Positions 11,663-21,256 of a stretch of 64,000 bases of DNA are shown in pieces. Made by a program: the position numbers and the translations under genes. How positions within the stretch are numbered: position 1 is the first letter of the stretch; every line of letters starts with the position of its first letter. The DNA is from a virus (Duplodnaviria > Caudoviricetes): positions 32,001 to 96,000 of the IMG/VR virus record IMGVR_UViG_3300037067_004901. One strand, given 5' to 3'. The notes below the pieces were generated by a model, which saw only the letters and a list, made by a program, of their open reading frames with translations, was not told where the DNA came from and did no database searches.

Positions 11663-11905
11663 ATGGGTTGTTATATGAATAAGATAATGTTAGTTATTAG
11701 TATAGCATTAGTTATGCTGTTTGCAAATGAAGCGTCTGCGCTAAATGTAATGCGTGTCAACGGGTCTGTTACGCATAGAAGTATAAATCGAAAAGAAATG
11801 CGTAATATAACAAATCAAGATAGGGTGAATTCATCACGTTATATCTTTATAAATAACAAAAAGAGAGGGGGTGAACAAGATGAAGAAAAGGATAAAGCTG
11901 AATAA
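11663..11905 (+). CDS. Small hypothetical protein with signal-peptide-like N-terminus
   Basis: MNKIMLVISIALVMLFANEASA; downstream of promoter. Confidence 0.45.
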   Translation: MGCYMNKIMLVISIALVMLFANEASALNVMRVNGSVTHRSINRKEMRNITNQDRVNSSRYIFINNKKRGGEQDEEKDKAE

Positions 11906-12194
11906 ATATGTCGTGAACACGACTAAGGCTGGAGGGCTCGTATTTACAGCTTTGAAGACGCTCGCTAATAATAAAAAGCGAACTGACAAAGCAACGTTAT
12001 CGAGAAGTGAAGTCAATGAATTGAAGAGGGCGAAATCGAAAGACGCCTTCTTTTCACTTGTTGATAAATATATCGTAGATAGAGCTAAGATTGGCTCTGC
12101 GGCAAAACGCGCGGGTCAGACACTAAATACCGGTTATGACGCGGCTCATTATCGAGTTGCGAAAGAATTGGGTTTAGCGAAGATAGTAGCGTAA
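11880..12194 (+). CDS. Basic hypothetical protein, paralog of 13706-14125
   Basis: GAGGGGGTG SD before ATG 11880; LK.A....F.S...K...NTGYD..H...AK.L similarity. Confidence 0.7.
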   Translation: MKKRIKLNKYVVNTTKAGGLVFTALKTLANNKKRTDKATLSRSEVNELKRAKSKDAFFSLVDKYIVDRAKIGSAAKRAGQTLNTGYDAAHYRVAKELGLAKIVA

Positions 12195-12197
12195 CGA

Positions 12198-12240
12198 GAA
12201 AAGAGGGGCGAGCGTAGAAATGCGCTCGTCTCTTTTTTTG
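12198..12240 (+). terminator. Intrinsic (possibly bidirectional) terminator
   Basis: AAAAGAGGGGCGAGCG..loop..CGCTCGTCTCTTTTTTT. Confidence 0.75.
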
Positions 12241-12321
12241 GCTTGTGAAATACAGTTGGACGCGCGCTCGTCCAATGACTTTTGCATATTTTGCTCGGTG
12301 AAGTTATAGTTAGCCGAGTGC

Positions 12322-12349
12322 TTGACTTGCGCTTTGCATAGTGTATACT
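12322..12349 (+). promoter_or_regulatory. sigma70-type promoter
   Basis: TTGACT-16 nt-TATACT. Confidence 0.65.
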
Positions 12350-12399
12350 TATAGTAGAAAGCGAGAGAGAAACGAACACAAAAGAAAGCGAGTTGAAAA

Positions 12400-12543
12400 A
12401 TGCCAAAATGTAAAGAATGCAAGAAAAGCGACAAAGTAGTTATTGCGAGTTATAAGTTAAGAAACGGTAAAAAAGATAAGTATTTTGAATGTGAACGCTG
12501 TAACTGTGTTGTTAAAAGAATAAGTAAATTTAAAATAGACTAA
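12400..12543 (+). CDS. 47-aa zinc-ribbon protein (not in ORF track)
   Basis: MPKCKECKK...FECERCNC; GAAAGCGAG SD at 12384. Confidence 0.6.
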   Translation: MPKCKECKKSDKVVIASYKLRNGKKDKYFECERCNCVVKRISKFKID

Positions 12544-12553
12544 TAGAAAGGAG

Positions 12554-12748
12554 ATGAGTAAAATGTTTACACAAATACATTATGTAGAAGTAGCAAAAGT
12601 TATTAACAAGAATATACAGAAAGCAGATAAAGTTGGTATATTCTCGAAACAAGCTGTTGTAAGCGTTGCTGTGGATTTCGCAAAATTGTTTGCAAAAGAT
12701 AATGCGAAATTTGATGTTATGAAATTTAAGTCAGCGTGCGGTATATAA
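12554..12748 (+). CDS. Small hypothetical phage protein
   Basis: AGAAAGGAG SD; C-terminal F..DN..FD..KF..ACG pattern. Confidence 0.65.
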   Translation: MSKMFTQIHYVEVAKVINKNIQKADKVGIFSKQAVVSVAVDFAKLFAKDNAKFDVMKFKSACGI

Positions 12749-12887
12749 AAATAATCGAAAGCGAGGCGCGAAATGACCGAATTATTAAGATTTGTCTATA
12801 AGTTAGAAGCTGAAAGACAGAAGCGAGAGATTAAAGCGGCGCTCATTAAGTTATTAAAGACAAAACGAGCGAGAAAGGCGGTGGCTA

Positions 12888-13478
12888 ATGTCTAATATGT
12901 CGAGATTAGCGCAGGGTATCGAAGAAGCGTGCAATGCGTGTCAAGATATGAAATGCGAGGGTTGCAAAATTGTTGTAGACATTGGCGACAAAGTAGTTAC
13001 TGTCAACGGTAAGACGCACGACATTTTGAGCGTCAAGCTTAAAGAAGAAGTAAAAAAAGAAAAAGTGAAAGAAGCTTGTATGAATTATTCGAAAGGCAAG
13101 TGGAATTTCTCGAAGTTAGCACGTTTTTTGAAACACGTTGCGTGCGTTGTGTTATTGTTGTTAATAACGCACAATGCGTTTGCAGTTGAAATAAATATTG
13201 AGAAATTGGCAGACGCAATATACAAAGCAGAGGGCGGTAGTAAGACTTCGCATCCTTACGGAATATTGAAGCATTACAAGTATACAACTGCAAGACAAGC
13301 CTGCATCAACACTATAAAGCACGCATTAAAAGATTTTAATGAGCAAGGTGACTTTATAGAGTTTTTAGGAAGTCGTTATTGCCCAACACATTGGGAAAAT
13401 ACATATCAAGCTACAAGAGAAGAATATCTATTGAATAGATATTGGGTAAAGAACGTCAAATACTTCTATAATCAATAA
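12888..13478 (+). CDS. Putative lysozyme-like (transglycosylase-fold) protein
   Basis: Internal hydrophobic signal-like segment, then AIYKAEGG (catalytic Glu-like), YGI and LGSRYCP...W; a second start at ~13080 is possible. Confidence 0.5.
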   Translation: MSNMSRLAQGIEEACNACQDMKCEGCKIVVDIGDKVVTVNGKTHDILSVKLKEEVKKEKVKEACMNYSKGKWNFSKLARFLKHVACVVLLLLITHNAFAVEINIEKLADAIYKAEGGSKTSHPYGILKHYKYTTARQACINTIKHALKDFNEQGDFIEFLGSRYCPTHWENTYQATREEYLLNRYWVKNVKYFYNQ

Positions 13479-13541
13479 AATAAAATAATTTTGGGCAACT
13501 AAAAAAAATAACCGATATATTCCTATTACGGTTTGGAGAAA

Positions 13542-13583
13542 ATATAAACAGGTTATCAACATTTTATCAACAGGAAATCCACA
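13542..13583 (+). promoter_or_regulatory. Four DnaA-box-like nonamers at 11-bp period
   Basis: ATATAAACA 13542, TTATCAACA 13553, TTATCAACA 13564, AAATCCACA 13575 versus consensus TTATCCACA. Confidence 0.5.
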
Positions 13584-13705
13584 TTTAAAAAGTTTTTAAA
13601 AAGAAGTTTAAAAAAGAACTTAGGAAGGTTCCTAAAAAAATAAGCAAAAAAAATTCGAGAAGTAAAAGACAATTTGCGCTTTGTGTTTTGTGTGTGTTTT
13701 TATTT

Positions 13706-14125
13706 TTACTTCTTTGCTTTTGCTTTCGTTGTTGTCTTTGATGTCTTCTTGACTTTCGACATCTTGACAAGCGACGCTTTGACTTCTTTCTTACGTCTAT
13801 CGTTTGACGCTGTAAAAGCGTCTTTGTTTAAGAGCTTCGCTATCGACGTATGAACTTTGTCATAGTGCGTGTTTTTCGTTAACATCGCTTTGCGTGCTTG
13901 TGCGTCGAGATGCTCGACTAACAAGAACTTGTTAGCGACGCTTGTAAACTCTTTGAACGTGCGCGCGCTTTTTAGCTTTGCGCTGTCTTGCGCGTCGAAC
14001 ACATAAGCACGCTTTTCGCTTGTGTTGTCGCTGTATAAGCGAACATAAGAGAGAGCGACTTTATTTTTTATCTGCGACGCTGTTAAATTCAGCACTTTCA
14101 AAATCATCTTTTTGAGTTTTGACAT
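13706..14125 (-). CDS. Very basic 139-aa protein with Lys-rich tail, encoded without any GG/CC dinucleotide
   Basis: Own promoter (14286-14313) and GAAAGCGAG RBS; no Gly/Pro/Trp/Cys; paralog at 11880-12194. Confidence 0.8.
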   Translation of the reverse strand: MSKLKKMILKVLNLTASQIKNKVALSYVRLYSDNTSEKRAYVFDAQDSAKLKSARTFKEFTSVANKFLLVEHLDAQARKAMLTKNTHYDKVHTSIAKLLNKDAFTASNDRRKKEVKASLVKMSKVKKTSKTTTKAKAKK

Positions 14126-14285
14126 TGTGTATCTCGCTTTCTTGCGCTTTGTCTTTTACTTCTCGAACTTTACTTTTTAAATGTTTACTTACTCGACGCT
14201 ATGCTTTCGCATTAGTTTATAACGTTTTACGTTCAGCATTTAAATTTCATTATTTGTTAATGAGCGTTTAACTTCTTATGTATAT

Positions 14286-14313
14286 AGTATATCATATTAT
14301 ATACTAAATGCAA
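14286..14313 (-). promoter_or_regulatory. sigma70-type promoter for 13706-14125
   Basis: Minus strand TTGCAT-16 nt-TATACT with extended -10 TG; same layout as the 4806-4833 promoter. Confidence 0.75.
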
Positions 14314-14569
14314 GAATTATTTTATATTTTTTCGTTTTTATTTTTATGCTAATAAGCACGAAAAGATATAACATACCCCCCAGTTATTTCTCGTCGAGAA
14401 AAAAAGTTGAAAAATAAAAATCGATGTCTACTGTATCTTACACTGAAGGTCCGCATTTTTTGTAATTGTAGTATAGAATATCACCAACTAAATATAATAT
14501 GTCATATATGTTATTTTTATTATCGAAACTTCACTTTTATTTCAAAATATATATTTTTTTATTTTTCCC

Positions 14570-14598
14570 TTGACAAAAACGATTTTATATGATATACT
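14570..14598 (+). promoter_or_regulatory. Consensus sigma70 promoter heading the rightward tRNA/groEL block
   Basis: TTGACA-17 nt-TATACT. Confidence 0.8.
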
Positions 14599-14629
14599 TT
14601 ACACGAAAATAAAAGAAAGGAGTTTATGA

Positions 14630-14935
14630 ATGCATAGAGATTATGTTTATTATGGACACGATGCACAGATAGATGTGTCAAATGGGGTTTTTCAAAATCC
14701 TTTTTCAGTAGAAAGTGAAATTGTACATATACACGACAATCCAGATAACATGCGCGCGAGAAGCAAGTATCAAAAAACAAGTAACATAGCAAAATTCTCA
14801 TCTACAGCAACACTTACAATTGCTGATTTAGAAGAAGCAAAACGACGCATATCATCTGTTGAATCATCAGAAATTCCAATTGCACCAATACGTTTTATTA
14901 ATTCTTATTCTATTACAGGCGGTGCTAGCTCATGA
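14630..14935 (+). CDS. Hypothetical protein
   Basis: AGAAAGGAG SD downstream of promoter. Confidence 0.55.
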   Translation: MHRDYVYYGHDAQIDVSNGVFQNPFSVESEIVHIHDNPDNMRARSKYQKTSNIAKFSSTATLTIADLEEAKRRISSVESSEIPIAPIRFINSYSITGGASS

Positions 14936-14999
14936 GTTCTAGCGTCATATCATATATATATTATATTTCGCGCTAGAAAGCATCGCCTTTTTAAATTAT

Positions 15000-15075
15000 T
15001 GCGGGATGGACAAGTGGTTAAGTCGATTGGCTCATAACCAATATATCATGGGTTCAAATCCCATTCCCGCTACCA
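15000..15075 (+). tRNA. tRNA with CAT anticodon (Met or Ile2)
   Basis: Cloverleaf, ATTGG-CTCATAA-CCAAT arm, GGTTCAAATCC T-arm, encoded CCA; 1:72 mismatch but no three G-C anticodon pairs. Confidence 0.9.
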
Positions 15076-15381
15076 ATTTGTCGCTGTGTGTCACGCACTA
15101 GAACGCACGATGTTTTTGCTACTCATCGTAGTTATAAATCATAGACCCAATGATACATATGTTTAATCATGTAGATGTGTATATCTGAAGCACAGACTTG
15201 AAGATATCTAGAGCGACGATTATTTGGGTGCGACAACTTTGCCCAGCTATTTAGTTGTTGTATGTATGATTATCTCGATAAGAGCATATACCCGTCAAAT
15301 AGCTATGGTATACGCGCGGCGGCGTGGAATCGCGTTGAGCATTGAGACACGCATTTTAAAAATAAGAAAGGAGATTTTTGA

Positions 15382-17010
<1,629 letters not shown>

Positions 17011-17041
17011 AATTTTTTTATAGATAAGGAGACTTTTTTTA

Positions 17042-17869
17042 ATGCAAGTCGTTGATTTATCAAAAAAACAAGAATTAGAAAAATTTGATGTTAAAGTAAG
17101 CGAAGAACTTATTGTAGCGATAAGTCAATACAAGAGTATTGATTATACAAAATCGGCTATAGAAGCATTAAAGAAAGAGGGCGTTAAGTTTACAACGCTC
17201 ATTTTGTTTGATGGTAGTTCTGATGAAGATTATGAGAAAATTCAGAATCTTGCTGATATAAGCATTCGAATAAAGAAACGGATAAATAGCTTACCACAAA
17301 TATGGAACATCATGTTTGGCGCAGCCAAGCTCACCGCGGCTAAATATTTGTATTGGCAAGGTTCTGATATGTTATTAAACGAGCATGGTTTAGAAAATAT
17401 GCTCATGACTATGAAGTTAGGTTATGACGCAGTAAGTCCAATTAAAATTGATAATGATGTTGAAAGATTTAAAAATTATAAAAGAGTTTATAATCGCGTA
17501 ATGCGATGTGCTGGTATAAATGATAGCGCATGTCTATTTCGTTTAGATAAGCTAGACTTTTTTTGTTTTGATGAAATGTATGCGCCGTATCAATTCGAGA
17601 CAAGCGCGTTGGGTTATGCGCTGTTTCGTAAAAAATGCAGAATGTGCATAGATGATAACGCTGTCATATTACATTATTGCAGTAAAGATATAGAGCATAG
17701 CCCAAAAGAGCGTGAAATCGGAAGTAAAACTTGGGATATGAAGCGCGATTATTTTTTAAAAGACGCAAGTGAAGATAAGAGATGGTTCTTTGAAAAATCT
17801 ATAATGAACAGCGAAATCGTAAAAGATATTGGGTTCCCAGCGCATATTTATTTAGGAGACCCAAAATGA
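17042..17869 (+). CDS. GT-A (GT2-like) glycosyltransferase
   Basis: ILFDGSSD, IWN, degenerate DxD, C-terminal ILH. Confidence 0.55.
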   Translation: MQVVDLSKKQELEKFDVKVSEELIVAISQYKSIDYTKSAIEALKKEGVKFTTLILFDGSSDEDYEKIQNLADISIRIKKRINSLPQIWNIMFGAAKLTAAKYLYWQGSDMLLNEHGLENMLMTMKLGYDAVSPIKIDNDVERFKNYKRVYNRVMRCAGINDSACLFRLDKLDFFCFDEMYAPYQFETSALGYALFRKKCRMCIDDNAVILHYCSKDIEHSPKEREIGSKTWDMKRDYFLKDASEDKRWFFEKSIMNSEIVKDIGFPAHIYLGDPK

Positions 17870-18924
17870 ACATACTAGTTTGTGTCGGAGCAAGTGAACC
17901 GAGTTATACGAGTAGCAAGAGTTTTATTAGAGCGTTAAAACGCGCTGGGTATGATGTCAGAACGTGTGGTGCATATTATAAATACGATAGAGAACGCACA
18001 GAACAAGTCGATTTTGAATTAGAAGACAAATGTTTTCCAGAATTATATACATATGAAGAAGTATTAAAAAGCACTAAAGATTTTAAAGCAGATATTATAT
18101 TACAAATAGAACCACATTTTTATTTATGTGGGGAAAAACCAAAAGATATAAAAAGTTATTATTGGATTCTAGACCCACATCGAGGTGGTTATGCATACAG
18201 AAATCTTGCTAAACAAGGTGATTTTAATGCATTGTTTATGTCGCAAACTTATTTTTCTGATAGTTATTTAGAATTTGCAAAAAAAATTTATTTCTTTCCA
18301 CAAGCAGTAGATATAGATAGAATTAAATATGATGAAAACATTAAAGCAGAATGCGACATCGCGTTTATCGGTGAAACAGGCATTGCAGATAGATGCATGA
18401 GATACGACAAACGAGATGCAGATAATTATGAATATACGAATTTAATTAATGATAATTATATATTAGATTCAGAAATATATAAAGATTACGCAGAAAGAGC
18501 GAAATTGTTAATGTTGTTATCTCGTGGCTTTGATGTTCGTATATATAAAAAGAATTTTAATACAGATTATTCTAAAATAATACAAAAAGGTAAAATTGCT
18601 TTTCATCGTAGTTTATTTAAAGATATAACATTGCGAAATTTTGAATCTTTAGCTTTAAAGCGTGCGCTTGTATGCGATTACGTACCGAATCTAGAAAAGT
18701 TGATGATAAACTATAAGCATTGTCTTATGTATAAAGCTTTTGGATTCAATACAGAACTTGAAAACTTTAAACTTGATTATGAACAGGCGAAAGAAGCTGT
18801 TGACATTTTGCTAAAAGATGATAAAATGAGAAATGATATTGCAGAGAATGCGTATCAACATGTTATGAAATATCATACTTTTGATAATCGCGTTAAAGAA
18901 ATGATGAGCGTTATTACGGGATAG
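17866..18924 (+). CDS. CgeB/Glyco_trans_1_2-type glycosyltransferase
   Basis: FFPQAVD, DIAFIG, RNFES, IAENAYQHVMKYHTFDNRVKEM C-terminal signature. Confidence 0.8.
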   Translation: MNILVCVGASEPSYTSSKSFIRALKRAGYDVRTCGAYYKYDRERTEQVDFELEDKCFPELYTYEEVLKSTKDFKADIILQIEPHFYLCGEKPKDIKSYYWILDPHRGGYAYRNLAKQGDFNALFMSQTYFSDSYLEFAKKIYFFPQAVDIDRIKYDENIKAECDIAFIGETGIADRCMRYDKRDADNYEYTNLINDNYILDSEIYKDYAERAKLLMLLSRGFDVRIYKKNFNTDYSKIIQKGKIAFHRSLFKDITLRNFESLALKRALVCDYVPNLEKLMINYKHCLMYKAFGFNTELENFKLDYEQAKEAVDILLKDDKMRNDIAENAYQHVMKYHTFDNRVKEMMSVITG

Positions 18925-19005
18925 GGTAATTGGTAGCCCAGCAGACTTTGAATCTGCCAGAACAAAATAGTTCGCGTGGAAGTTCGAATCTTTCTCCCGT
19001 AACCA
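18915..19005 (+). tRNA. tRNA-Gln(TTG) with long variable arm
   Basis: TACGGGA/TCCCGTA acceptor, GCAGA-CTTTGAA-TCTGC, GTTCGAATC, CCA; 91 nt. Confidence 0.85.
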
Positions 19006-19189
19006 AAAAAGATAGGAGAGAATGATATGTATAAAGTAACAATAAAACTAAAGAACGTTGATTCTGTAGTTTATGATGATGTAGAAGATTATGATATTGA
19101 CGAAGTTACTATAGATTTAAGCATTGGTGAAAATAGGAAAATAATTTTTCCTCTTATTAATGTAGAATCAGTAGATATAGCAAAGTTAG

Positions 19190-19453
19190 ATGAATCTTAA
19201 AAAAATGAAGATTATTTTAAGAAACGAGAATATAGAACAGATGAGAAAGCGTCACGAAAAAGAAATCGAGACGCTTCAGAAGAAATGTAAACATAAAGAA
19301 ATTAGTGACTGGATGGAGTATCATTTTGCAATTGGTCACTTTTCGCATTATGTAAAAGTTTGTAAATATTGTGGTAAAATTATAAAAGAAGATAAACCGA
19401 AATTCGTAACACATAATATAGGATTTGAAAAAGCAGTTAAATTGGGGGATTAG
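19190..19453 (+). CDS. Small Cys/His-rich hypothetical protein
   Basis: CKH...CKYCG motifs; stop codon lies inside tRNA-Ala. Confidence 0.55.
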   Translation: MNLKKMKIILRNENIEQMRKRHEKEIETLQKKCKHKEISDWMEYHFAIGHFSHYVKVCKYCGKIIKEDKPKFVTHNIGFEKAVKLGD

Positions 19454-19520
19454 TAGCTAACTGGGAAAACATGTGCTTTGCAAGCATGAATTATCGGTTC
19501 GAATCCGATATCCTCCACCA
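19444..19520 (+). tRNA. tRNA-Ala(TGC)
   Basis: Cloverleaf with G3:U70 identity pair, TGC anticodon, CCA. Confidence 0.92.
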
Positions 19521-19708
19521 AAAAAAGGAGTGAAAGAAAGTGAAAAAAGCAAATAAGACGATACGACGCGAAAAAATAGCAGTAATCAATGCATGGATGA
19601 ATAAATTCCCATGTAAAAATTATTTTAAATATCAAGATGGCGGTTGTATTCATGACCGTATTAATGCACGCGAAATATATAATTTTATAGAAGCAAAATT
19701 TAGATAAT

Positions 19709-19785
19709 CAGGACGTGGGCTAGTTTGGTAAGTCACTCGGCCTGGGACCGAGTAATCGCTGGTTCAAATCCAGCCGTCCTGACCA
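19709..19785 (+). tRNA. tRNA-Pro(TGG)
   Basis: CAGGACG/CGTCCTG acceptor, CTCGG-CCTGGGA-CCGAG arm (C33), CCA. Confidence 0.88.
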
Positions 19786-19876
19786 ATTTTAATAGAGATA
19801 ATATGATTGAAATATGCGAGTTGTGTAAAGAATGTCCATATAAGAATATTTGTACTGAAACAGATAAATATGTGGA

Positions 19877-20218
19877 GTGTATATGACAGATGAAGAAATA
19901 TTACAAAAAGTAATCATCAAAGCAGAGAAGAATGGGTATAAAGGTCATATGCAGTATCTTCCCATGTTTCTCAAACGAGACCCAAGTAAAAAGAAAAAAC
20001 TTTCTAAAAAAGATTTCATGAAGTTTATGTCTCGTATTTGGTTTATTCATAAGAACGATATAATTTACTCACACGAATTTGCAAAAGCGTTTTTTGGTGA
20101 AAAAAAACATATGGAGTGTTGTGGGTCATTAGGTAATAATTTAAAAGAATATCAATATTACTTAATGTGGTTAGTTAAAATTCCACACCCTATAATAGAA
20201 CTGGAAAAATTTTTATGA
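19877..20218 (+). CDS. Hypothetical phage protein
   Basis: IIYSHEFAKAFFGE motif; ORF lies between tRNAs. Confidence 0.65.
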   Translation: MYMTDEEILQKVIIKAEKNGYKGHMQYLPMFLKRDPSKKKKLSKKDFMKFMSRIWFIHKNDIIYSHEFAKAFFGEKKHMECCGSLGNNLKEYQYYLMWLVKIPHPIIELEKFL

Positions 20219-20322
20219 CAATAAAAACTGTAATAAAGAATGGTAAAATTGTAATTAAAGATAAACATATCACACATAGACCAAAAAAATCACCGTGTGG
20301 TCAAAGAGTTAAAAAAATATGA

Positions 20323-20399
20323 GCGCGGTTTGTGTTAATGTTCGAGCATGTCAGTCTTCCAAACTGAAGGGGAGAGTTAAAGTCTCTCACCGCGCACCA
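20323..20399 (+). tRNA. tRNA-Gly(TCC), non-canonical D/T loops
   Basis: GCGCGGT/ACCGCGC acceptor, TCAGT-CTTCCAA-ACTGA, T-loop TTAAAGT, CCA. Confidence 0.85.
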
Positions 20400-20642
20400 A
20401 AATTATGAAACTATTAACATTATTTTCTATATCTATAACATTAATTAGTTTTCAGTTCGGATTTTTCTTTATCCAACAGCAACACAATGAATATAAGATG
20501 AATGATATTTTGAATTATTGTGAAAAAGTTAAGGATAAACTTGATATCAGTATTATAGATGAGCAAATTACAAGAAAAGAAGCTCAAATTTATATTAAAT
20601 CAATACAAAAAGATATAGAACGTAATAGTGTAATAAAAAAAC

Positions 20643-20717
20643 GCCCGCATAGCTTAGTTGGTAAAGCAGTAGTTTTGTAAACTTCAGACAGCCGTTCGAT
20701 TCGACTTGTGGGCTCCA
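20643..20717 (+). tRNA. tRNA-Thr(TGT)
   Basis: GCCCGCA/TGTGGGC acceptor, TTTGTAA loop, GTTCGATTC, CCA; one mismatch each in the anticodon and T stems. Confidence 0.85.
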
Positions 20718-20914
20718 ATAAAATGAGAAAAAATGCATATAAAAACTGAAAAAGGTCTTGAAATCGAATTAAATGTTGAAGAAATAAGGCATTTTAAAAT
20801 AAACAATGCAAAATCACTTAAAACTTTTGTTTCAGAGCTTGTTGAGAACGAGAAGAAGATTGGGTTTCACGCGCATAAAGACGAACCAACGAAAAAGTAA
20901 AGGAAAAATTAAAA

Positions 20915-21256
20915 ATGCACGAAGAAATAGTAAAAAAACCATGGGGCGAAGAATCAATTCTGCATATAACAGATAAAACGAAGTTAAAATATATATCTGT
21001 TAAGAAAGATGAAGCATTAAGTTTACAATATCATGAGAAAAAAAGAGAATTTATCGTTTGTATTAGCGGTGAAGTTCTTATACAAGTAGAAAATGATGTA
21101 TTTAAGTGCAAAGAAAACGATAATTTTTTTGTAGATGTAAATAAAAAACATAGAATCGTAGCAATTACTGATGTAGAAATAGTTGAACTATCTGTTGGTG
21201 ATGATAGTGATATTATACGAATAGAAGATAAGTATGGACGCACAACAAAAGTATAA
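20915..21256 (+). CDS. Cupin, mannose-6-phosphate isomerase type 2 C-terminal-like
   Basis: KPWG, LSLQYH..K.E, KHRI, DIIRIEDKYGR motifs. Confidence 0.85.
   Translation: MHEEIVKKPWGEESILHITDKTKLKYISVKKDEALSLQYHEKKREFIVCISGEVLIQVENDVFKCKENDNFFVDVNKKHRIVAITDVEIVELSVGDDSDIIRIEDKYGRTTKV

Noticed and set aside
13585-13770. 61-aa minus-strand ORF
   Set aside because: Alternative frame of the Lys-rich tail of 13706-14125; no RBS
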